DNA of 35,263 nt from an uncultured Acetatifactor sp. (GCA_964552225.1 CAZKGP010000001.1:1-35263); one strand, 5' to 3'. Shown: positions 1 through 9,589, counted from the stretch's first letter. Program-made: numbers and translations. The notes: generated from the letters alone by a model not told the origin.

Positions 1-15
1 ATGTTACTTCCTCCT
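1..15 (-). promoter_or_regulatory. Ribosome-binding site of a gene that starts at the left window edge
   Basis: The minus strand reads AGGAGG-AAGTAAC-AT. The ATG would be completed by the base just outside the window. Confidence 0.55.
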
Positions 16-64
16 GGTAGTAATATTTTCATATCTTTCCAAGTCGGTCTGTTCTCTTAAGTTT

Positions 65-102
65 AGCCATGCCAATCGAGATTATACCTCATTGGCATGG
101 CT
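65..102. terminator. Intergenic stem-loop (terminator or processing/stability element)
   Basis: Perfect 12-bp inverted repeat AGCCATGCCAAT / ATTGGCATGGCT downstream of the TsaA-like gene. No clear U-tract. Confidence 0.45.
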
Positions 103-163
103 GAACTGTAATATTAACTTGTATAGAACACTTTATAATACTTGTGTTTATTTTGTCAAGGAA

Positions 164-640
164 TTAAAAAATAAATTCATTCTCCCAATCAAAATCTTCT
201 GATGTTTCCACACTAGTCGGCCAATGGCTACACCACTCAGGCATGCTGGGGTTTTCCACTCGGTCAAGGCTTGGGGTGTATGGCTTAATATCAAGTACAG
301 GAGTGTTGTCGTTGGCATCAATATATGCAATTTGAATTATGCCCTTTTCATAATCAATATGAATAACCTGTACTGCGGTTAAAGCAAGGGGATTCGGGCG
401 AACTGGTGATCTTGTTGCAAAGATTCCCATTACCTCTGGAGCCTTTTTATATGGCTGTGTTGTTTCAAGGGTATTTCTTACTTCTTCATTATCAAAATCG
501 CTAAACCACCAAATGACATTGAGATGGCTAAAACCGTTTAACGCCTGTAGTGCCGGAATATACTTCTGCTCAAGCTTGATAAACATCCCATCCTCGTTTA
601 CATTAATCTTACCAATAGGGTTAACACTTAAATTTTCCAT
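164..640 (-). CDS. TsaA/TrmO (YaeB, UPF0066) family SAM-binding protein, single domain
   Basis: Motifs PIG, L.GFSHL.VIWWF, GIFATRSP.RPNP and DA.D.TPVLDIKPY. Start moved to ATG 640, which follows GGAGG. Confidence 0.85.
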   Translation of the reverse strand: MENLSVNPIGKINVNEDGMFIKLEQKYIPALQALNGFSHLNVIWWFSDFDNEEVRNTLETTQPYKKAPEVMGIFATRSPVRPNPLALTAVQVIHIDYEKGIIQIAYIDANDNTPVLDIKPYTPSLDRVENPSMPEWCSHWPTSVETSEDFDWENEFIF

Positions 641-680
641 TACTAATTCCTCCATATGATTTTTATTTGCTTCTAAAATC

Positions 681-711
681 ATCTTAGACCCTCACATGAT
701 GTGAGAGTCAA
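681..711 (-). promoter_or_regulatory. MerR-type promoter/operator
   Basis: TTGACT - 19-bp spacer containing the dyad CTCACAT-C-ATGTGAG - TAAGAT. Confidence 0.8.
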
Positions 712-930
712 TGGTAAAATTACAATTAACTATAAAGGGCGGCTTCCGTAGGGTCCTTTTACGTTATTGCCATATTAAGATTAGTAAGTCACAATATTAA
801 AATAGTACCGCGTATGTCATTCAGACAATTAGACCCACCATAATATTTATGAAATGCTGTGATAGTGTAATATCCCACCGTAGAATACGAGAGCGAAAGC
901 TTCATGGATTATCCATGTCGCCAACATACC

Positions 931-1809
931 TCATCCCACAACATTCACAAACAAAACCATTCCAAAATAAACTGCAGTCCCTATATGAACTCCTGCTGCT
1001 GCAACATATGGTAGTTTACGCTGAAAAGCTACTACAGCGCTTAATATGCAAAATGTATAACCATAAGCAAGAATCATATGATGTATCCACTCAGATACAT
1101 TCAAAAATCCGTCTCCGGTATATGGATGATTATTCATCCAGCGTAACCCAGACCATAAGCTCTCTGTCACAGTCAGACCCTGAAATGTTCCATTTACAGT
1201 CAAAATCACTCCCAAAACCAGTAGGAAAATTACCACATTAGTTAATAATTTCCATCCTCTATTTTTTACCCCACAAAGCAAATACAGCAGTACTGGTAAA
1301 ATCATGATTGGATAAATGGCAGTACCCATCGCTGCTAGACATATAGAGATTACCTTTTGACCTCTCCGCTCTAGAAACAGTGCTCCCATAAGAAACACCA
1401 TGGCAAGCGAATCTGGCTGTGCCCATACAATTCCCCTAAGGAGAAATACCGGTGAAAATAGGAAAACTGCATAAAACATCAAATATCGTAGTTTCTCTCC
1501 CACATCAATAGGTCGTTTCCCAATTAAAAGGATAAACAAAATTGCCACACCTATGTCTCCTGCCGCAGTGAGCCACTTCATACCATGTATAGGGAGCATA
1601 GGTAAATATCCTAGTAAATACACAATCTGATAATATAGGGTAGATTGCACATGTCCTGAATGTTTATTAAAGTAATTTATATAATCAATACTATTGTACC
1701 ATATACATTGTTTTCTAAGCAGAAATGCAAGTGCTGTAAGTATTAATACTGCAATCAGAAGTATATGTCGTTCTACTAATTCTATAAGTTTTTTTTCAAT
1801 TTTCAGCAT
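931..1809 (-). CDS. Polytopic membrane protein, GT-C (Gpi18-like mannosyltransferase) type, shorter paralog
   Basis: Many TM segments, DY after TM1, and an SP...WAQPDS loop resembling the upstream gene's LP...LAQSDG. Start placed at ATG 1809 after GGAG. Confidence 0.6.
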   Translation of the reverse strand: MLKIEKKLIELVERHILLIAVLILTALAFLLRKQCIWYNSIDYINYFNKHSGHVQSTLYYQIVYLLGYLPMLPIHGMKWLTAAGDIGVAILFILLIGKRPIDVGEKLRYLMFYAVFLFSPVFLLRGIVWAQPDSLAMVFLMGALFLERRGQKVISICLAAMGTAIYPIMILPVLLYLLCGVKNRGWKLLTNVVIFLLVLGVILTVNGTFQGLTVTESLWSGLRWMNNHPYTGDGFLNVSEWIHHMILAYGYTFCILSAVVAFQRKLPYVAAAGVHIGTAVYFGMVLFVNVVG

Positions 1810-3013
1810 ATTGTATCTCCGAATCTTGTTGTTTACCTCTATTCTCAATTATTCTGAAATTCCGGAATACTCTTCCCCAAATATCATTTGTCAACCAGAG
1901 ATAAATTGCAATATTGAAAGCTGCAAGTAAATAGGGCGATATTTGATTCCAATGAAAAAAAGATTGAACATAGCATTGGAATGAAACAACAGTCAAGACA
2001 ACAGCTGGCACTCTGTATTTAGGACGGCACACAGCATAGGTCACTATTAAAATTTCCGCAAGGTAATTATAACGTTCATGCATACAAGGCAACAGCATAA
2101 CACAGGTCATTGCAATCCAAATAGCATATTCTATCCAGTTGCCTCTGCTTTCCTTTATTTTTGAATTTATTACAATAACAGCAAATAACAACAGACAAAT
2201 AAATGTAAGTATAATGGCAATTTTACCAAATACATAATATGGTGCTTCTGAAAAATATGTCCAAATATTAGGGTAATAATAATAAAGAAAAGGGTATCGA
2301 CCAAGCATACGGCTAAACACTCTATAGGCAATATCCCATCCACAGCCAGCAATCACTGCTGGTATACTGAGTAACTGAATAGCCACAGGTACCCAGAATA
2401 TATGAAAAAATGAATTATTTTTCTTTTTCCATAGATAAATCAGTAGCACAGGCAGTATAAATATTGCTTGTAGCTTCATAGACAAGGCACATCCCAGTGC
2501 CAGCATACCTCGTACTGGATGTCCCAATGATATCTGGCGAAAACTAAGAACAGCCAAGGCCGCCCAAATACCGTCACTTTGAGCTAAATAACCACTGTTA
2601 ATTACCGTAATAGGCAGGCATAATACAACAGCATAAGCAATAACACCTGTTTTCCATTTCTCATTTTCCTTCACACCATCCTCATCCACGCAGTCCATGG
2701 CCATACGCATAAGCACATAGGCACCCAAATAGTCAAAGGCAATTGATAACATTTTAATGCTGATTAATGGCTCTATTGGCAGATAAGTCAAGAGAAGCAT
2801 CGCTGTCACATATGGGAGGTTATAATCCCCCTCAAATTCAGCCAAAGCCGCCAGACTTCCCACTTCTTTCAGTTGATAAAACCAAGTAGATAGGCATTCT
2901 CTATAATCTACCCCTTCAAATCGAATTCCAGTAAGCCTTAGGGCAAATCCCACCAGAGATATGGCAATAATCCACAGTAAAAAATTTTCTTTTTTTATAA
3001 TATTTTTGCTCAA
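1796..3013 (-). CDS. GT-C fold membrane glycosyltransferase (Gpi18-like mannosyltransferase)
   Basis: DY..L..W, DYN.PY, IK.LSI.FD, INS...Q.D, K.QAIF.LP and LP.MHERY motifs. Hydrophobic. TTG start after AAGGAG. Confidence 0.75.
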   Translation of the reverse strand: MSKNIIKKENFLLWIIAISLVGFALRLTGIRFEGVDYRECLSTWFYQLKEVGSLAALAEFEGDYNLPYVTAMLLLTYLPIEPLISIKMLSIAFDYLGAYVLMRMAMDCVDEDGVKENEKWKTGVIAYAVVLCLPITVINSGYLAQSDGIWAALAVLSFRQISLGHPVRGMLALGCALSMKLQAIFILPVLLIYLWKKKNNSFFHIFWVPVAIQLLSIPAVIAGCGWDIAYRVFSRMLGRYPFLYYYYPNIWTYFSEAPYYVFGKIAIILTFICLLLFAVIVINSKIKESRGNWIEYAIWIAMTCVMLLPCMHERYNYLAEILIVTYAVCRPKYRVPAVVLTVVSFQCYVQSFFHWNQISPYLLAAFNIAIYLWLTNDIWGRVFRNFRIIENRGKQQDSEIQYAEN

Positions 3014-3110
3014 GTATATTTGCTCCTTTTTTCTGTATTACGTGCCTATATAATGTTTGTATCTTATCACTTCAATCCCTTGCCATATATGGTTCTATGG
3101 CACATTCATT

Positions 3111-3139
3111 ATATTATAATGCTTGGATTTTTATGTCAA
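3111..3139 (-). promoter_or_regulatory. SigA-like promoter for the GT-C pair
   Basis: TTGACA-N17-TAATAT, with an overlapping TATAAT. Confidence 0.6.
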
Positions 3140-3213
3140 GGCATTGTTGGTATTTTGGGTATCCCTATCATTTCCACTGCTGCTTGCTCCCAATACACTT
3201 CAGGAATATGGGG

Positions 3214-4017
3214 TCATATACAACTACCAGTTTCTTCACGACATAATGCCATCGCCCTTTCCAATACTGCACCATGTGATATAATACCTTTCCTCAACAT
3301 TTGTTCTGTTACAATACACCAATATGGCGCATGTCTATTAAGTCCTGATGTATGCAATTCTTGAATTACCTGTTCAATATCATATTCAAGACTAATAAAT
3401 TCTTCTTCCCAAATTTCATCCTTTTGACGTAATATAATAAATTGGGATTGCCCATCACTATGTAAAGGAACACCAACAGAACCTGCATTTAATACTCTTT
3501 TCCCGTTATATACAATTTTTCCCTGAATATGTGTATGTCCGCATAAAATGATTGATGTATCAGACGCATCCATGATTTCATATGTCAGCTTATTACCATG
3601 AAGTAATTTTTGATTTACTTTGTTTGGTGAACCATGGCATATTGTAATGGAAGGCATATTATCAATAGAAAGTTTCTTTGATATAGACAACCCTTTAAAA
3701 AACTCTAAATCCTTATTAGATAAATTTGTATACGCATACAACAAGGAGCCTGTGGTTGAGTCGTTATCCCTCCAACCACATTCTCCATTTTTTGGGTAAT
3801 CTATCCAATAATCTTCTTTGTTTCCTTTTATAAAATAACATTGGTATTTAGCTGACATTTCATAGATTATATCCATAGTTTTTTGAGGATATGCCAATTC
3901 ACCTACATAATCTCCCAAAAAAACAAATGTCCTTATCCCACTATCTACTGCATATTTAATACACTTTTCCAAGGCTATATAATTACCATGAATGTCTGAT
4001 AAAACTGCTATATCCAT
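3214..4017 (-). CDS. Calcineurin-like metallophosphoesterase, possibly C-terminally truncated
   Basis: SDIHGN, LGDYV, GN, CHGSP, CGHTH and NAGSVG motifs. The frame continues past the TGA to 3136. Confidence 0.9.
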   Translation of the reverse strand: MDIAVLSDIHGNYIALEKCIKYAVDSGIRTFVFLGDYVGELAYPQKTMDIIYEMSAKYQCYFIKGNKEDYWIDYPKNGECGWRDNDSTTGSLLYAYTNLSNKDLEFFKGLSISKKLSIDNMPSITICHGSPNKVNQKLLHGNKLTYEIMDASDTSIILCGHTHIQGKIVYNGKRVLNAGSVGVPLHSDGQSQFIILRQKDEIWEEEFISLEYDIEQVIQELHTSGLNRHAPYWCIVTEQMLRKGIISHGAVLERAMALCREETGSCI

Positions 4018-4071
4018 TTATATTTTCTCCGTTCAGCAATATGAATGTACTATTAATTTCTCTTAATACAA

Positions 4072-4566
4072 TCATTTATTATACCTCTTCATACAGCACT
4101 CCAAAACAAATTCAATTTCATGTTTTAAAGGAATCCCATTCTCCCCTATCATGGGTATTTCAGGTTTTATCTTTCTAGATATGTCTAACGCATTATAATA
4201 TATATTGCATATATCAAATCCACGTTTTTGATAAAACTGAATTGCTCTTATATTATCATTGGTTGTAATAAGCTTCACTCTTTTACAATTGCTTTCTCTT
4301 GCATGATTGATTACAATCTGCAATAAATTCGTTCCAAGACCAGTATTTTCTTGCAAACTATCAAGAGATAGAATTTCACATTCTTCGTTATCAATAACAA
4401 ATGTAATTAGCCCAACAATAGTATTGTTTTCTAACGCAATATAACCCTCAACTTTTGTCATATCTATTATTGTTCCTCTAATTACCATTTCTGACGATAA
4501 CCATTGCTTTAAAATAAATTGATTTACATTTATTCTATTTTTTTCATCTATCTTTTGATATATCAT
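4072..4566 (-). CDS. GNAT family N-acetyltransferase
   Basis: G.GT.LL motif A and TTNDNIRAIQFYQKRGF motif B. Confidence 0.9.
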   Translation of the reverse strand: MIYQKIDEKNRINVNQFILKQWLSSEMVIRGTIIDMTKVEGYIALENNTIVGLITFVIDNEECEILSLDSLQENTGLGTNLLQIVINHARESNCKRVKLITTNDNIRAIQFYQKRGFDICNIYYNALDISRKIKPEIPMIGENGIPLKHEIEFVLECCMKRYNK

Positions 4567-4631
4567 GGTTCATAACTCCCATCTGTCCGTTTTAGTAGCA
4601 CAAACAATGAATTTCTTTCCACACTATTGCT

Positions 4632-4661
4632 GAATAATATTTTCTTAATCTGCCCAAAATA
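4632..4661 (+). promoter_or_regulatory. SigG-like (forespore) promoter
   Basis: GAATA-N18-CAAAATA, compared with the B. subtilis sigG consensus GNATR-N18-CATNNTA. Confidence 0.5.
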
Positions 4662-4698
4662 ACATTATTAATATTAAGTTTTAAGGAGAATAATTATT

Positions 4699-4848
4699 AT
4701 GGCAAAAGATTCACAACTTGATCCCAAACCTATCCGTAAACTAAAGTCAAAAGGTGGACCAACTCTAGCTGAAAGTGCCTTAGATGGCGAAGGCAGAAAC
4801 AACAAAAAGCAGTCTGGCAACCGCCATAAACCTGGTAATGATAAATAA
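4699..4848 (+). CDS. 49-aa basic, hydrophilic small protein (absent from the ORF track)
   Basis: AAGGAG RBS followed by MAKDSQLDPKPIRKLKSKGGPTLAESALDGEGRNNKKQSGNRHKPGNDK*. Confidence 0.7.
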   Translation: MAKDSQLDPKPIRKLKSKGGPTLAESALDGEGRNNKKQSGNRHKPGNDK

Positions 4849-4869
4849 TACCTTAAAGGAGCAAATTAA

Positions 4870-5109
4870 ATGAATCGTGATGAACTCATTAATCAAGTAA
4901 AAGATAAATATGCACAAATAGCCTCCGCTGAGTCCCAACAGCACTTTAACCAAACCACAACGGAATTGACACCTGAAGCCTATTACGAAGATTTGTTAGG
5001 CAAAGCAATTAGTGAAATTGAAAAAGGTACTTTTGACCAGTTCAAATCCGGTGATGAAATCGTAACTGCTATTGCAAATGATAAAAGCTGGCTCTCTGAA
5101 TGGAAATAA
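4870..5109 (+). CDS. 79-aa acidic hypothetical protein
   Basis: AAGGAG RBS, protein-like helical composition, fills the intergenic gap. Confidence 0.8.
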   Translation: MNRDELINQVKDKYAQIASAESQQHFNQTTTELTPEAYYEDLLGKAISEIEKGTFDQFKSGDEIVTAIANDKSWLSEWK

Positions 5110-5110
5110 G

Positions 5111-5557
5111 TTATAGCCACTGAATAAAGGCGGTTTTATCTTTTTGATTATACCCAGACTTCTCATAAAAAGCTAAAGTACTTTCTTGCTTTGAACCTGT
5201 TAATAGCATTATTTTATAACAATTGGCTTTTACTGCAATGTCTTTCGCATAATCTAAGCATTGCTTTGCAAGACCTCTTTTTCTATAGATTTCATCTGTA
5301 ATCACATTTTCTACAAGAGCATACGGTCTCTGGTTATGAGTCAAATTTGGAATAATCACACAAACACATGAAGAAACGATTCTCCCTTCCTCTTCTGCAA
5401 TCACTATGTGATAGTCTTCATTAGTTAAAATTTTATTCCAAATGCTCATAACTTCTGCTGTCTTTTCAGGTATTGGATTATTATGAAGCTGCATATATAA
5501 ATTCATAAGACCATCAAAATCTTCACTGGTAACTTCTCGTATCATAATATCACCCAT
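5111..5557 (-). CDS. GNAT family N-acetyltransferase
   Basis: VENVIT...YRKRGLA, CYKIMLLTG and FYEKSGY motifs. Confidence 0.9.
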   Translation of the reverse strand: MGDIMIREVTSEDFDGLMNLYMQLHNNPIPEKTAEVMSIWNKILTNEDYHIVIAEEEGRIVSSCVCVIIPNLTHNQRPYALVENVITDEIYRKRGLAKQCLDYAKDIAVKANCYKIMLLTGSKQESTLAFYEKSGYNQKDKTAFIQWL

Positions 5558-5584
5558 CCTTATTATCTTAATAAAACAATCTTT

Positions 5585-6175
5585 TTAATCCGGTATATAT
5601 CTTATATTTCCTTGATTAATCAATTTTTCATACATCCAGCAATTTGGAGAATGGTCATTTATAATTCCACATGCTTGTAAGTGGGAAAAAATTGTAATGG
5701 AACCAAGATACTTAAATCCTCTTTTCTTTAAGTCTTTGCTCACTCGATCAGAAAGTTCATTGCTAGCTTCAAATTGTCCAGAATGATGCTTTAAGTAAAC
5801 AAAGGTTTGATTCTCAGTAAAAGACCAAATATAGTTATCAAAACTTCCAAATTCATCTATTATCGCCAAGACCCCTTTTGCATTTCCTATAATTGCTTCA
5901 ATTTTACGTCTTGACCTTATCATTCCCTCTTTATTCAGTATCCTTGTAATGTCCTGTTCGCCATACTTTGCAACCTTAATAAAATCAAAATCTTCAAAAC
6001 ATTCTTTGAAGATTTCTCTCTTTTCAAGCATTAGAGTCCAACTAAGACCACATTGCATTACTTCCATTGATATATACTCAAAATGTTTTTTATCATCGTG
6101 AAGTGGTACTCCCCATTCTTCATCATGATATTTTTGATTAATCCCATTATCACAACACCAACTGCATCGTTCCAT
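5585..6175 (-). CDS. tag: DNA-3-methyladenine glycosylase I
   Basis: RCSW, YHDEEWG, E..Q.GLSW, LKKRGFK and G..NDH...C motifs. Confidence 0.93.
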   Translation of the reverse strand: MERCSWCCDNGINQKYHDEEWGVPLHDDKKHFEYISMEVMQCGLSWTLMLEKREIFKECFEDFDFIKVAKYGEQDITRILNKEGMIRSRRKIEAIIGNAKGVLAIIDEFGSFDNYIWSFTENQTFVYLKHHSGQFEASNELSDRVSKDLKKRGFKYLGSITIFSHLQACGIINDHSPNCWMYEKLINQGNIRYIPD

Positions 6176-6281
6176 GGTCTTCCTCCCTCGCTTGCTTCCC
6201 CTCGTTCTTTAACACTTATTGTATCACACAGAGCTGAAAAAATGGAGTAAAAACTTCAAGTTTCCGGCTCTTATATTTCAA

Positions 6282-8669
6282 TTATTGCTGCATCTCATAA
6301 GGAGTAATTTTTCTAATCTTCGTAGAACACAATACTATAATAATCTCAGACCATACTACAATTGTCACAACAATTCCCAGCATGGCTGTAAAACTAAGGT
6401 CCATAGCAAAGCTTTTAATTCCAAAGGCAGAAAGGCTTAATACCACAGAAGGAGTGATTCCTAGGAAAGCTACCCCACATCCCACCAATGTTCCTACAAA
6501 AAAGACAGGAATATAGCTCATTGTAATTTGCCAAATAAGCTGAACCGTAGTGTAACCAAGCGCTTTATAAATAGCAAACTGTCTTGTTTGTCTAATAAGC
6601 TGGGTTTTGACTAGTAGAACCAGCACCAATGCAATTACAAAGGCAATCACTACAGCCATCACAATACATAGTATTTTCATAGTACTTATGATGGATATAA
6701 GAGTAATATCTATCTCTTTTTTACTATTGACTATGGAAACCTCATAATTTTCTAATGTATCATTTAAGGTCTCTATCGTATTTTCAATAGAAGTTGCATC
6801 ATTTACATAAAGTAATAAAGTATTTGCTGTCAGGTTTTCATTTAAACGAAGTGCCCCATCTGCAGTAATCATTGCCTTCCTTCCCAAATGATTAATTCCC
6901 TGACTAATTCCAACTACCAGGTAATCTTCTCTGCCCTCGTTTAATTCTAAATATACTACCTCGCCAATCGATACGTCTAACTTATCTGCTATAACAGTTG
7001 AAAGCATAATCTCATTATCGTATTCTGGGCGTTTTCCCTCCACTATGTTGTTAACGCGAAGGTTATTAGGATTATCACAAATGTCACAATTCACACTTAC
7101 CTTTGTTGTATCATTACTAATCATCATATCTTCTTCTATTAGTTCTACTATTTGTTTCATACCGTCTAAGTGGGCTATTTCACTCTTCACAGATTCTTTA
7201 ATTATATTAATATCTTCTTCTCCTGTTTGAATCAGTACTCTTATATCTCCTCCCTCCATACCGATTATTTGGAACATTTTATCGGTATTTGAAACCAAAT
7301 TCTGATAGAGGCTCACCGACATATTTCCTATAAAAGTAAGTATCACTACAATAAAACAAATAGAAATATTTTTCTTTAGATTACCCCAAATTTGTTTCAT
7401 ACCAATGGCAGCATTTAAGGGAAGTTTTGTCTTATCTAGACGTATATGATTTTTCTTGAAATTATGTGTATATATTCCATTACGCAATGCATATAAAGGT
7501 ACAATCTTCCAATATCGACGAGAAGATAAAAATACCCCAAACAGAATGAGAAATGTTATAATCCCTATACTAAGCAACGCACTGATTAAATCAAAACCCA
7601 TTTCCCAGCAAAGACCTATGGCGGAGGATATAGTTCCCCCTATCATATCCGAAGCTCCCTTTGCACATCCTAATCCAACTGCCATACCAACAGCACCAAT
7701 TGATAAAAACTCTACTACAGTGGCTACTGCGAGTTGACTGCATGTATATCCTGATGCCTGTAAAATTCCTATATTCTTCATATTCATTTCAATTGTATTA
7801 TTTATATTAAAGTGTACAATTACTAAGGCAATGAAAATTATAAGTATTGCAAAAATAGTTAAAATAGCCATAAAAATATTAGCAGTAATACTAGCACCAT
7901 ACTTAACCAGTTCATAATCCAGATCCAAATGCACTTTACTGATATAATCTGGTATGATATCTTTTAGCAGATTATTTTTTTCTAGAAAATCATCTACATT
8001 AATATCCTTTTTTAACTTAGTCCTATACATATATCCACTGCTTCCCAGCTCTTTTTCTATATCCTTATAGTAATGATTGGATATAAATCCTTTTTCCATT
8101 GCAATAATAGCAGTGGTTGAAAACATTATGTCCTCAGTAAATCCATAAATTTCAAAGTAAAAAATCTTATTATTTATTTCAATATTAAGAGTTTCTCCAG
8201 TTTGATAACCCATTCCCACCTTCATATAATAAGGTAAAATAATAGAATTTTCTTTCCAAACTTTTCCCTCATCATGTACTTTAATCACAGAGAGTTTTCG
8301 CTCTGCTTCTATATCCTGAAAGAAAAAGCTGATTTCATCTGCATCTTTTTCAAGTTGAGTATCAGAAAAATATTTTGCACTAGAAACAAAAAGTGCTTCC
8401 TCTCTTTCCACATAAGTAACTTCATCTTTTTTCTCAAAAAAATCCATTATCTCACTACTATGTGTACTTTCTGAAAACAGAAAATAGTCTGCACCATTTA
8501 CTGCTTCATTTCTTTTATCAATGACTTGATCCATGTTAGAAAGTACAGATATACCCACATATAACATAAATACCGCTAACGCTACTAGCAAAAACAAAAT
8601 GGTAGCATTGCCCTTTTGTTTTTTTATATTGTCCTTCGCAATCAATAAAATTCCCATAACATCCTCCAT
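6282..8669 (-). CDS. ABC exporter permease, FtsX/MacB-like with a duplicated domain
   Basis: Two FtsX-type repeats (IGILQASGY, FAIYKALGY), each with a large extracellular loop. Confidence 0.9.
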   Translation of the reverse strand: MEDVMGILLIAKDNIKKQKGNATILFLLVALAVFMLYVGISVLSNMDQVIDKRNEAVNGADYFLFSESTHSSEIMDFFEKKDEVTYVEREEALFVSSAKYFSDTQLEKDADEISFFFQDIEAERKLSVIKVHDEGKVWKENSIILPYYMKVGMGYQTGETLNIEINNKIFYFEIYGFTEDIMFSTTAIIAMEKGFISNHYYKDIEKELGSSGYMYRTKLKKDINVDDFLEKNNLLKDIIPDYISKVHLDLDYELVKYGASITANIFMAILTIFAILIIFIALVIVHFNINNTIEMNMKNIGILQASGYTCSQLAVATVVEFLSIGAVGMAVGLGCAKGASDMIGGTISSAIGLCWEMGFDLISALLSIGIITFLILFGVFLSSRRYWKIVPLYALRNGIYTHNFKKNHIRLDKTKLPLNAAIGMKQIWGNLKKNISICFIVVILTFIGNMSVSLYQNLVSNTDKMFQIIGMEGGDIRVLIQTGEEDINIIKESVKSEIAHLDGMKQIVELIEEDMMISNDTTKVSVNCDICDNPNNLRVNNIVEGKRPEYDNEIMLSTVIADKLDVSIGEVVYLELNEGREDYLVVGISQGINHLGRKAMITADGALRLNENLTANTLLLYVNDATSIENTIETLNDTLENYEVSIVNSKKEIDITLISIISTMKILCIVMAVVIAFVIALVLVLLVKTQLIRQTRQFAIYKALGYTTVQLIWQITMSYIPVFFVGTLVGCGVAFLGITPSVVLSLSAFGIKSFAMDLSFTAMLGIVVTIVVWSEIIIVLCSTKIRKITPYEMQQ

Positions 8670-8684
8670 TCTGCATGTTTCACG

Positions 8685-9455
8685 CTACCATCCCACTTCA
8701 TTCAAAAACGTACGCAAATCTTCATGGCGTTTTGCATCGTTTGTCTGATAACTTCCAAGGTTAATCTCATCTAAGATAACACCATCCTTTAGATACAACA
8801 CTCGATTTCCACGTCTTGCAGCTCTAATATCATGGGTAACCATAATAATAGTCTGCCCCTGTCTGTTCAATTCCGTAAGAATATTTAATACATTCAATGT
8901 ATTTTGGGAATTTAATGCACCTGTAGGTTCATCCGCAAAAAGGATACTAGGATCATTAATAATACCTCTCACAAGAGCTACCCTTTGTGCTTCACCACCA
9001 GACAATTGTGTGGGATATTTATGAAACACCTCTTCTGTTAAACCGGTTTCCAGCAAAAGCTGTTTTGCTTTGGACACAATATTCTTTCTATCCTTAGATA
9101 CTAACAATCCACTTACTAAAATATTATCAAGTACACTCATGGTATCATTTAAGAAATTTTGCTGAAAAATAAATCCACAATTCTTTCTCCGAAAAACAGC
9201 TAGCTTATCATTGGAATATTTTGATATTTCTTTATTTCCAATATATACCTTACCAAGAGTTGGGCGGTCCATTCCTGATAAGGAATATAGCAAGGTACTT
9301 TTACCTGAGCCGGAATTGCCCATAATGACGGTGAAATCTCCTTTATTCATTGTTATATTCAAATTTTTAAGAACATGTTGCTGTAGACTTTCATTTGAAA
9401 ATGTTTTACATAAATCTTTTGCTTCTAATATTGCTTCTCTTTTTAAAGTTTCCAT
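8685..9455 (-). CDS. ABC transporter ATP-binding protein (LolD/MacB-type)
   Basis: GNSGSGKST, LSGGEAQR, ADEPTGALN and VTHD motifs. Start moved to ATG 9455 after GGAG. Confidence 0.95.
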   Translation of the reverse strand: METLKREAILEAKDLCKTFSNESLQQHVLKNLNITMNKGDFTVIMGNSGSGKSTLLYSLSGMDRPTLGKVYIGNKEISKYSNDKLAVFRRKNCGFIFQQNFLNDTMSVLDNILVSGLLVSKDRKNIVSKAKQLLLETGLTEEVFHKYPTQLSGGEAQRVALVRGIINDPSILFADEPTGALNSQNTLNVLNILTELNRQGQTIIMVTHDIRAARRGNRVLYLKDGVILDEINLGSYQTNDAKRHEDLRTFLNEVGW

Positions 9456-9519
9456 ATTAATCTCCAATCATTAAAGTCGTGGCACTAACAAAAGCCATAG
9501 TTTTATTAACCATGGCTTT

Positions 9520-9585
9520 ATTATAAAGGAACAATTCTTAGAAAGTCTTAAACCAATTCCAGTCTATTCCTTAATCAATCCTTAA
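9520..9585 (-). promoter_or_regulatory. Promoter with tandem (T)TAAG direct repeats, putative OmpR-family binding sites
   Basis: TATAAT at 9520-9525. Repeats at 9537/9547 and 9570/9581 (10- and 11-bp period) cover and precede the -35 region. Confidence 0.6.
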
Positions 9586-9589
9586 ATTT

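Noticed and set aside
720..930. Possible ncRNA or small ORF (MLATWIIHEAF..., minus strand) between the GT-C pair and the MerR-type promoter
   Set aside because: Only a weak hairpin near 734-758 and a poorly spaced RBS. No recognisable RNA family.
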